A stretch of 64,000 nucleotides of DNA from Lophium mytilinum (lineage: Eukaryota), in assembly GCA_010093605.1 (NCBI GenBank), contig MU004188.1:1813918-1877917 (forward strand), given 5' to 3'. Within the stretch, counting starts at the first letter, position 1. Each line of letters begins with the position of its first letter. This document shows positions 50,313 through 60,715 of this stretch, piece after piece. The notes beneath the pieces are model-generated. The model did no database searches and was not told the origin of the DNA. It saw only the letters and a list, made by a program, of their open reading frames with translations. Position numbers and translations under genes: made by a program.

Positions 50313-51305
50313 CTACTTCTTCACCCTAATCCCAAGCAGTTTTTCTGCATTCTTGTACGCAATCCCGTCGTATTCTGCCTGAGTGACCAACCCACTCGCC
50401 TTCAAATCCGCAAGAAAATTCCTTCCAGCCTCATTCTCAGAAAATGGATACCCGACCGAAAACATGATCCGATCCGCTGGCATGGTATTCACCAAGCAGG
50501 ACATCGGTGCCAACGAGAACATCCCGCTCGTCGTCACCCAGATGTTGTTGTACCATACCTCCCCAAAGTCCCGGCAAGGCTTCTCCCGCCACCACTGGGT
50601 GAGATTGACAATGCGATCGAGGACGAATGGGATCGTTTGGCCCATTTGACCGATGATGATCTTGAGACGGGGGAAGCGGTCGAACACTCCTGCGGCGAAG
50701 AGGCGGAGAACGCAGATTGCGACTTCAGAGTGTGCGCCGAGGTCGAAGGTGGCAATGTGGTGAGCGATGCTTTCTGGGTAGTTACCCCGGTAGTATTGAA
50801 GGTGTTGAGAGCTTGGGTAGTGGGATTGGATGTAGAGCGGTATGTCGAACTGCTCTGCGGCCGCAAAAATGGGCCGAAATTGTTCAGCGTCTAGGAACTC
50901 GCCGTTGTGGTGGTGATTTATCATTCCCCCAACGAATTTCAGCTTCGAGGTGCACCGAACGAGTTCATGTGCAGCCTCTGTTGGATTGTCGAGAGATAGG
51001 AGAGCGAAAGCTGAAAAGCGCGTAGGTTTGCTCAAGATGACGGAGTGGAGAGCGTCGTTCGCTTTGTGGCATGCAGTAGGTGGACAGTTCACAGGGACGT
51101 GAGAGAGGACCTGCATTGGGATGCTAGCAGCGCGCATATGCTGGATCCGTGAAGACCCGACATTTTTCAGTTTCTCGAGGTACTTCGGCTCAAGGAGGGC
51201 ATAGTAGGCGGAGTCTTGCGGCGAGACAGAGACTACGTCGCTGAAGATGATCTGCTCCTCTAGGGCGATTATTGGGAGAGGTGCGGCGTCCGAGACAGGC
51301 TTCAT
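50313..51305 (-). CDS. Amidohydrolase-2 family (aromatic-acid decarboxylase/ACMSD-like) protein with substituted metal ligands
   Basis: Intact 330-aa ORF: IIALEEQ, ANDAL, AAHELVRC, PLYIQSHYP, GVFDRFPRLKIIIGQMGQ, NIWVTTSGMF, DRIMFSVGYPF and IAYKNAEKLL. Confidence 0.85.
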   Translation of the reverse strand: MKPVSDAAPLPIIALEEQIIFSDVVSVSPQDSAYYALLEPKYLEKLKNVGSSRIQHMRAASIPMQVLSHVPVNCPPTACHKANDALHSVILSKPTRFSAFALLSLDNPTEAAHELVRCTSKLKFVGGMINHHHNGEFLDAEQFRPIFAAAEQFDIPLYIQSHYPSSQHLQYYRGNYPESIAHHIATFDLGAHSEVAICVLRLFAAGVFDRFPRLKIIIGQMGQTIPFVLDRIVNLTQWWREKPCRDFGEVWYNNIWVTTSGMFSLAPMSCLVNTMPADRIMFSVGYPFSENEAGRNFLADLKASGLVTQAEYDGIAYKNAEKLLGIRVKK

Positions 51306-52213
51306 GTACCGACGTGTGAGGATTCGGTGTAGTAGAAATAGACCGGGCTAATAATGAAGTAGAAACGACAGAGAAGATAGTTCTGATCCACGGCGTGGAC
51401 TTAGAGATATTGGCTAGTACATCTGCACGCATTAGGGCACGTATGACGCAAGAAGTGTCCCGAGGTCGTGCCTGACTCTTTCACTACGGCTTTAAAGTTC
51501 AACTCAGGCTTTACCCTTGATATTTACTGGAAAGGAAGATGAAGATGTGAAGCATGTGGATAATGATAGATTAACAATTGTGATAACTCACGGTCACTGC
51601 CCCGGACTCGCGGGCTGGTTGGAACCGAAATATCCAGTAGATCAGATAGAATGTGACACAAGACCAAAGGCTCCATTAGCTTGACAAAAGCTGTCTGGCC
51701 CTGCCAATATAGACAACATAGACCACTGCCTAAGTATTTAGAGCTGTCACCCCTTTAGAATACATTAGGCATACCCTTGGAAGGTCTCCCAACTGACTGA
51801 AAACTTGCAAGAGATGGGCCAAAGTGCACTGTTACTCAAGAGTAGCTTTATTTCTCTCTTAGAGTTGAGAGATCATTATGTCGAGGTGTAAGAGTGGAGA
51901 AGATCGAGCACGATGGGAGTTTGATTACTGCACGGACCCACACGAACCTAGATCGAACGGCAATCCCTCCGACCTCCCGTTGCTCTCTTCCCATCCCACT
52001 CTTCACTTATCCGTCGACTCGGCCCTATTCCCGTACTCAGCTAATTGGTGATGGACCCAAACCTAACTCGGAGTGTCCGCAATGGACGCCTTAGCCTCGA
52101 TCTCCTTCGCTCTTTGACTTTCAGTCCGACCCAACCTCCTTACAAATATAGAATTCGAAGTCTGCTGATATCGAGTACGTCCTATGTCAAACAACTCTTA
52201 TAGTGCAATTGGG

Positions 52214-54489
52214 ATGATGCATGATGATCATCCTGAAGCACCTCGAGCGAAACGGCAGAGAGTTTCCGCCTGCCAACGGTGCCGACATAGAAAGGTGCCC
52301 TAGCGATAAGCATTGCCTCACCCCTCAGTATAGATAACTGACAAGGCCTAGCAAAAATGTGATGATGAAAGACCCTGCAGCAACTGCGTCAGATCAGGGA
52401 AATCATGCAATGAGCCCGGGCCGCAGTCAGGATTAGAGTATGCCAACGTCCATTATCAACGCTCGCGTTTCATACAACTGACGCTACACATCCTAGATCT
52501 ATTCAGGTACTGACGGAAAAGCTGGCGCGATTGGAGGAAACTAATAGTCGACTTCAAAATGGAGAAAACTCCACTGTGCGCGCTTCAAGTGGCAGCATCC
52601 TGTCCCCAAGTGTATCGGAGTCGTCTCCAAAGCTCTTCGATGCAGATTCCGCGTCAAGCCAAATGAATCTGCCGTTTCAGCCGGATCTCGATCATAGCTT
52701 AGGCCGAAATGCCCCAGCTATAGGGCTTTTAGCGACCTTTTCACAATTACAAACGACTACAGTGTCCGAAGGCCGTCGAGAAATTCATGTTCTAGGACGC
52801 ATTGAGCCAGGATTGCCTCCGGACGTTATAAGCATGCTACTGAACACCTACTACACCAGAATCCACTGTCGATACCCCTTTCTCTACTTCCAAGAATTGC
52901 TAGACACGGTGCAGCAATGGCAAGAAGCTGCTGAAAGGCGAGCTCACGAGTATACTTCCACCGCATCTATTCCAACGAAGCGCCCAGAGCTTTGGAAAGG
53001 ATTCTTCGTCAACATGGTGCTCTCAATTGGCCTTCTGCTGCAAAAAGACGCTGGCTTCCAAAGCAACTTGTCTCATCATGCATACTATCGACTGGCAGTC
53101 ACACGGTTTCTATCACACGTTTTTGCACATACAGAGCGCCTGATTCATCTACAGGCGTACCTGCTTCTTGCAATGCATGCACTGCACAGCCCTTCTACGG
53201 AAAAGATCATCTCCGTTGCCTCCGCAACAATGCGATACTGTGTCATGGCCCACCTCCATCTCGCTGAGAGAGAGCCAGATCAGCCAGGCGCAGCCCGGGT
53301 ACGATCACAGATTAGAAGACGGGTCTTCTGGTCTGCCTACGCATTGGATCGAGTTGTCGGGACCATGTTCGACCTTCCATTCTCCGTGCCAGACGATCAG
53401 ATCACGGTTTCCATGTATGCCAACGTGGACGATAGTCAACTCTGGGAGTGGTGCAATTCAGCAAGCAGAGAGGACACTGAAGAGCCAGAATCGCTTCACA
53501 CTAGCGTCTCCTATGCAATGCATGTTGTTTATTGCAGACAGCTACAATCGGAGATACTTAACCACACTTTACATCGCGACTTCGAAACGAGATCTGATCA
53601 TCGACTTGACTGGCGCCAGCGCATCTTGGACGAGTTGGACCAATGGAAATCATCGTGCCATCGCTTCGCTGACGCAAAATCCAAGTCCTATACCAGTGGG
53701 CATTGGCTTGGAATGATCTACAACTTCAGCCTCGCGATACTCTTTCGGCCCACCAAATCGAGTGTCCGAGGGCCTGCTGGAGACTGGACCGTGAAGGCCT
53801 GCACACAAGCATGTCTGACTTTTCGAAAATTGCAGCGCGAAGGATCCATCTCCGAGCCTTGGATGGGGCTCATTGGTCAGTTCAAATGTGGGATAACTCT
53901 TCTGTATTGCTTCTTCGCTACCCCACCTGCATACCGAACCGATGCCTTCGATTCCCCAGACACTTTAGAGGCAATCCGCGCTTGCAGCAACATACTTTCC
54001 ATCATTGCGGAAAGATGGCCGCAATCACAATGTCTAAGAGACGTCTTTGACATCGTTGCGCGAGAGATACCGCTAGTAGATCGGCCGCCTATTCCGCGCA
54101 TGGGACATGCGGATTACGAAAGGGGAGCTTATTCTTCTCCGCAACACATGCGCGAAGACTCCGCGAAAGCACTGGAGGATAAAATGGCTGAGCTGGACCT
54201 CATCGTCGTCCACCGTGACACTCTTCGAATGCTAGATGAAATGATGCATGAAGACTTCCCGCGCCCTGCCGAGTCGGTGAGGTCAGAAGTCCTCTCGATT
54301 CAGACTACCGAACACCCAGTGAATCAACAGAACTCGTCTGGACAACCCGGACTCAATTTCCACGTCGTACCTGCACGCGACACACCGGTAGCGTCTCTGA
54401 GCCCATCTATCGACCACTTCATGGACCCTTCTTTGGAACTCAGCTCTACAATGCTTGGATTTCCAGGGGAATTCGAACCCGGTTGGTGA
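52214..54489 (+). CDS. Zn(II)2Cys6 transcription factor with a fungal-specific TF domain, 3 exons
   Basis: SACQRCRHRK|QKCDDERPCSNCVRSGKSC, IHCRYPFL and RRRVFWSAYALDR...DLPFSVPDDQI. Confidence 0.9.
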
Positions 54490-54546
54490 GATAGCAGTGC
54501 TTATACATTCCTAAAAGAACTATACGACTTTTCAACAGTGTCATTT

Positions 54547-56625
54547 CTACGATGTGGTCGCCTCCGTTCCTGTTATCTCGACCCCAGCAACCACATCAAA
54601 GAATGCGTCGGCCAGATATCCGCCGCGTGCTGTTGGTTTTCCGTACTTTTATAAAGTCAGCTCTCAGCTCCAAGCAGGTAGTCCTCTATTACTTACCTTG
54701 TCCGTTGCCATACCCGCTATAGCTGGCTTTGACACTTCACGCGTATACCCCGCGATGCCCATCTCCTTGAACCGAGAAGCAAACTGTCTGGCATGGAGAG
54801 AGAGACCTTGCGTGTTCCAGACTGGCTGAACCTACGCCGGGGGATGAGCATTTTTACCAGCTGTCATAACCAGCAACATTGCACATACCTGCCATACAAC
54901 GCCCATCTTGGCAATATCGGCGGGAAAACTCTCGAATTCTTCTTGCGTATAGCCCGCTTTCAAGAAGTCGTACGCACCCATGTAACCAAATCCGAAAAGA
55001 CGATTTGGAAAAACCTTGCGGACCTCGCTATGAAACTCGAACATATCCTTTTTGTCTAATCGTTACCAGATCGCATCAGCTTCGTACTGTTCGAGATATT
55101 GCGAGCCAGCTCGCTCAACAAGCCTGCAACGTGGATGGGTGTCTTACTCGGCTTGTCCTGTCGGCTCCACGTTACGTCTCCCAAAGGCGCTGCTAGTATC
55201 GCACGCTCGATAACAGCTTTTGTACTCCATTGCCACATGTACTGGCCCAATGGTGTCCGCGGGAGTTCCCAATCCCACACAATATCTTCTACGAGGATCC
55301 GCTTCGATATGTTTCTCCGTTCCATCAATGGTGTTATCTTTGCCGTTACCTCTGCTAGGTACGCGCTGAACTGCTCTGGCGTCGCTTTTTGCTTGACGGC
55401 ATCGTCGAAAGTCATAACACCTGCGGAAGCTTTCCATTCCTTTTTCACATTCAAATAGGATTTTCCAATGGACTTGCCTTCCTCAACTGCGAAATTGAAG
55501 GGCTTAATGAGTGTTGTTGCACCAAGCACGTATGGGTGGTCCCGCGGGTCAAGCACGCTTCGAGGAACACAAAAATTAGCAAGCGATCATGCTGCAGCTA
55601 GCCTCTGGACTGCATATCTCACCTCGTTATGAACTCTGCGTTGTCTGAGTCACATCGGCATAGAAGCATTGTATCCGCGCTTTATTCTCAAATTAGCTAC
55701 CCTGCACCAAGAGATCCTACTTTTTCTCAAACTGCGGAGGACCTACCCCATAACATCGAAAGTCATCCGGATTGTTGTAAGCCGCGAAAGATACTCGGAC
55801 GTGGGTACGATCGTTCTACCCTCACCGTTGGTGAACTTCTTCAATCCCATGGCCTATTCATGCTCATTAGCAAACGAAGACCAGAAACCAGGGAACTTCC
55901 TGAAACATACAAGATCATCAATATGTATCATGGCCACACCGGACTCCACGAAGCTCCTTGCAGCCTTCATACAACCAGTCAGGGTGCCGAACCCCATGTC
56001 AGCGTCGGCGACAATAGGCTGCAGATAGTCGATGCATTCCAGGCCCTCGCGGTCCTTCTCGTCAAATCGCATCCGAAGTTGTGTCTGACGCTGGTCTTGG
56101 AAGAGTTGCGTGTTGAAGATTCGCTTCACGACGCTTGGTACCAGATCCGCAGGATAATCAGCATGATCTTCTCCTGGCCACGAGGCCTGTGATATTCCAC
56201 ACATGGCACCTAAACCACTTAGAAATTGAGTATTCGGATCAACAAGATCGAATTCGTTTACCAGAAACATAGACTGTCTGCATGAACTTGGCTGTTTCTT
56301 TGACTATCATAGGATCCACCATTCCAAACGTCAGTTCATATGTGCCGTTGGCATTGTGGTCGTTCAGTATCTGCCACAACTTGCGCGCTTGAGTACTAGA
56401 CGAATATTCGACTTTGAAACCAATATTTCGGAGAGCAGCAATGGACTTGGCAGTATACGGACTATTGTTGTCATTAGTCTTTCGGTTGCATCGAGTTGAG
56501 ATCGGTTCTTGTTACCGCTTGATGCCCTTCTGCCGGTCAGTCTGCCACCAATTTTCGATTGATTTTACCTCCGCTTCAAAAGCTGCATTTTCGGCCTTCG
56601 TATCCGAGTATTTTGGCTGGGACAT
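54547..56625 (-). CDS. Divergent isocitrate-lyase-superfamily protein lacking the KKCGH catalytic motif, 9 exons
   Basis: FEAEVKSIENWW...IKR|PYTA, TVYVSG, DHADYP, PIVADADMGFG, GVAMIHIDDL|AMGLKKFTNGEGRTIVPTSEY, RCD, DPRDHPYVLGAT, WDWELPRTPLG and GGYLAD. Confidence 0.85.
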
Positions 56626-57225
56626 GTTTGAGGATCTTTAGTGTTTCGCTGAAAGCTTTAATGTCTTAGTCTCGACGTGCGGAGAGTCAAAACCCAGAAG
56701 GCATCTGGTTTCGAGGGGTACTACTCCTCTTAAACTACGTATACAAATCCTATCTTAGCTGTACAGGGTATCACTTGACGTATCGGCCACTAAGGTACGC
56801 ACGGTATTTTGCGGGGCGAGATTTATGGGCCCAAAGAATTCGTGGTAATGGCGATAGAGTGCGATAGGATTTTAGCAGCTACCGAAATCTTCGGCAAGCG
56901 GTCCGACGAGGCCGATGAGCATCAGGCGCCATTCAGCGAGTCAACCGCACCCTGACGTGGGCAAACTGTAATTCTACTACTGACGACTAGCTGCGGGACA
57001 CAAGTGTATCCGAAATTCTCTGGACGTCGTGTGATCCTCGATGCCAATGTTCTATCCATACTTTATACAGCCACGGGGAATCCAACCTCAGGTACTATAA
57101 CCCAAAGTCCTTGCGCTGTTTATTATTTGACATAAAAACTTTCGAATCCTTCTTTCTCAAATATATACTCTCTTCGTGTCCAATACACAGTCTATTGGAA
57201 TTTGTTCAATCGCTATTCGTCAAAG

Positions 57226-58716
57226 ATGGGTTCTTTCACCCAAGACGCGGAACTGCCTCACATCAATCTCCAACTCGGCTGGCCGACTCCGTCTCTTTTC
57301 GCAAGGGAGCAGCTATTAAAAGGTTCTCAAAGCATACTGTCCTCTCCGGCTGAAACGGCGCTCGCCCTGGTTTACGGGCCCCACCCCGGCTACATCCCTT
57401 TACGCAAAGAGGTCGCAAAATGGCTTAGTGAGATCTATTCTCCAGCTTCTGGCCCGATAGACTTTTCAAGAATCATAATCAGTAATGGCGCCTCATGCAA
57501 CCTCGCGAACATTCTTCAAAAGTTCGCTGACGCGACGTATACTCGACGAATTTTCATGGTAGAGCCGACTTACTTTTTGGCTTGCCCTATATTTGAAGAT
57601 GGAGGATTCAAGGGTAAGCTTCAAGGCATACCGGAGGATGCCGAAGAAGGCCTGGATATTGAGTATCTGAGAAGAGTGCTCCAAGAAGCAGAAAGCGAGC
57701 GAGCGAAGGCCGTTCCGAACCCCGACGACGACGTCCCGCGTCTCAAAACTGGTCCAAATTTTCCACACGTATACAAATATATCGTCTACATGGTGCCGAC
57801 TTATTCCAATCCGAGTGCAAAAACGATGTCTCTGCATCGAAGGAAGCAAGTAGTAGAGCTTGCGAGGGAATACGACGCTTTGGTAGTCACAGACGACGTC
57901 TATGACATGCTCAGTTGGCCTGCGGACCCGGCGTTGCCAGATGATGCCGTAGGTCCTATCCCACCTCGACTTGTAGACCTGGATCGAAGCATGCCTGGAC
58001 GCAGTGATTTCGGTAACACTGTCAGCAACGGCTCCTTCTCCAAGATCGTCGGGCCAGGTGTGCGTGTTGGCTGGGCGGAGAGTACAAAGGCGTTTGCTGA
58101 TTTACTGGGCGAAGTGTTCGTTTTTCCACCTTCTATGATTTTATAGTCCTACATCTCCTATACAATTCTAGCTAATATGATGCACAGAGGCTCTTCTTCT
58201 TCCGGCGGTAACCCTGGCCAATTGTCTTCTATGTTCGTCCACCACATGCTTGCAGCAGGGACACTACAAACACACATAAAGAATGAGCTCATCCCAACTT
58301 ACCGCAAGCGCTATTACGTTCTCATGTCTGCTATCCGCAAGGACCTTGTGCCATTGGGTATCGAAATAGAAGTCGGAGCTCCGTATCAGACATCCGACAG
58401 CTCTCAGACCACTTATACTGAGACAGTGGGCGGCTTTTTCACCTACCTGCGTCTTCCGCCCGGCATGCCTTTCGCAAGGGAGGTTGCCGCACATGCAATG
58501 GAGAAATACAATCTCAAGGTCGCCTTTGGACACATGTTCAAGGTCTGGGGAGACAATGAATCAACCACTAAGGCGGAGTCACCGCGGGGATTCGGTCACT
58601 GCGTACGGCTGTGCTGGGCGTGGCATACTGAGGAAGAGTTGATACAAGGAGTGAGAAGACTAGCGAGCGTGATATTGGAGATGCGAGAAGGTGCCGGTGC
58701 AAGCAACGGCATATGA
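57226..58716 (+). CDS. PLP-dependent aminotransferase class I/II (YER152C-like), 2 exons
   Basis: INLQLGWP, YGPHPGY, EPTYFLACPIFED, VPTYSNP, TDDVYD, GSFSKIVGPGVRVGW (PLP Lys) and RLCWAW. Confidence 0.9.
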
Positions 58717-59364
58717 GCTGGTTTGTGGCTGTTGAGAAACTGTGAGATCATACAGAATCGATCTCTTTCAACTTCAACGACATCATAAAGAAATCTGCAC
58801 CATTCGTTCAAGCCTTCCTATCAAGAATGGTCTGACGCGTTGTCTACGTTCGCCTCTAGACGAAGCATGATCAAACGCGGTTCGGAACACTTCCTCTTCC
58901 GCAGTCAGCAAAATTTGAAATAACGCAGCTACAAAACTCGGAACTGATGTGCGATTGACTTGCATCATGCGTGGGCAGGATAAACGTTGCTTCGCCGACA
59001 GCTCCGATTCTCTACTATGGCCATCGGCGCTTTCGGCGAGAATGCCAAGACCAGAAAGTGGATCGGGAGTGCTCCGAGTGAACCTCCCCCTTATCCCGCA
59101 GCGATGTAGTTCCAAGACCCACGACGGCGGGCATTAGGAGATGCCAAGCCTGGAATATCCCTGCTATCAGTGCTGAAGGTACTATACTCAACATGCATCG
59201 AGTAAGTAGATTTCAATCATCTCAAAGTCTTGGTGCTCCGTCCAAGATTCATATTTCTCTTTCTTTCTCCTGACTTATGAGTAATCCAAGTTGTGTCAAA
59301 CCTTGAGCTTTCCGTCTTTGATTTTCCTCAGCTGGCTTCCCGACCAGAACGTTGTTTCAACATC

Positions 59365-59526
59365 ATGGCAGCCACCACCCATGATAACAGGGATGTCAAG
59401 GACCTCACTGTCGTTGAAGGAGATGATGGCGTCTCTCAAAAAGAGATGGACTAGTCATGAAGCTTAACAAAGATGCTGACGAGGGTGCAGCTTATGCGGA
59501 CTACTTCCATGGGGAGGATGCATATA
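59365..59526 (+). pseudogene. Possible frameshifted 5' remnant of an MFS transporter gene, ending at the MITE
   Basis: MAATTHDNRDVKDLTVVEGDDGVSQK, a frameshift, then DGLVMKLNKDADEGAAYADYFHGEDAY(T). It resembles Dal5-type permease N-termini by eye only. Confidence 0.25.
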
Positions 59527-59741
59527 CAGTACTTAGCCATAAGTCAGGGCACACAGACTCGTTACAGCTTGGCTCCAGCTTGCCGACTCAACAGCACTGT
59601 TCGGGGTAGCCTGGTCGCTGAGCAGCCAGATAGTCAAGAGATAGTCTAATCTGTAGTGCTTGAACCTCGACATCGCGAGAATCTTGTGGGGGTCCCCAAG
59701 CAGTGGCGAACTAGTGTGCCCAGACTTATGGTCTGTCACTG
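59527..59741 (-). mobile_element. Best-preserved 215-bp Tc1/mariner-type MITE
   Basis: TA|CAGTACTTAGCCATAAGTCAGGGCACAC ... GTGTGCCCAGACTTATGGTCTGTCACTG|TA: ~28-bp imperfect TIRs, TA on both sides and no coding capacity. Confidence 0.8.
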
Positions 59742-60715
59742 TACGGTGTCCCGCATTATGGTGTCTGCAACACGATGTATATGGACCCTTTCCTTTTGCT
59801 TGTGGGTTCGATTCGCGCTGGGGAAGCCTTTGATTTTTTACTTTACGATAAGTGTAAAGGTGAATAAGTAGAGGACGAAGGAGTAGGATTGGTGCCTATA
59901 AAAGGGCAAACTTACCTAGCTCCCGAGCCTACCGGCTCTCGACCCCTAGATAAAGAAGTATGAATTCTTATGAGAGATCCGTACACTGTTGTTTGCCAAC
60001 ACACATTACATCACCAGAGAAATACGGATTATTATTACATTTTTTTTTCTCATTCGCTGACGATCTAGACAAGCGCGTCTACACAAACAACTAATCTACG
60101 CCATCTGCATAAGCCCGCACCACCCAGATCGCGTTATCAGGAGAGGAGATGGAATAACCAGGGTATTGTACACACACACGCACACACCGCTCTTGCAAAA
60201 CCAACTCTTCCGACATCAACGCAACATCAGTACTAGCCCAGGAAACGCCATCAAGGTTCCCATATAATTTACAGCCGTTGTAAAACCATCAGTTCCCAGC
60301 CCGCTGGTATGCAAGCCGGCAACCGTTTGTTGTTGGTATTGTTCTGCGTTTTCCGCAGAAACATGCTTCGATCTCGTTCCCCAGGCACACACCACCGGAT
60401 CGACCGACCCATCCGAGTAACACCGTGTCATCGATTAGGATTCCGGTATTCCGCGCCAAAATCAAGACAGATCCATATAACGCCGGCGCTTCGAAAAGGG
60501 TATCCCGGAAGAAGAATCCAGGAAAGAGAAACAGCGCTCGACAAAACCCCGGGTCCGGCTGCGCCCATGACATTTTCACCTGCCTGCATAAACCGAGCAG
60601 GGGCGAGGGTATGGAGCCGTCTTGTGAACCCAAAAACCAGGACCATGAAAACAAATAGGAAGAGCGAAAATAGCAAATGCAGAAATCTAAACCGAGGGGA
60701 AGTAGCTAGGGTAGG

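Noticed and set aside
50313..51305. Idea that A-to-I editing or RIP explains the amidohydrolase's missing ligands
   Set aside because: The codons are CAG/CAA (Gln) and GGG (Gly). A->G editing cannot restore His or Asp, and His->Gln is a transversion, not a RIP C->T change.
60168..60188. Short interrupted (CA)n tract
   Set aside because: Ordinary microsatellite in a 3' region.
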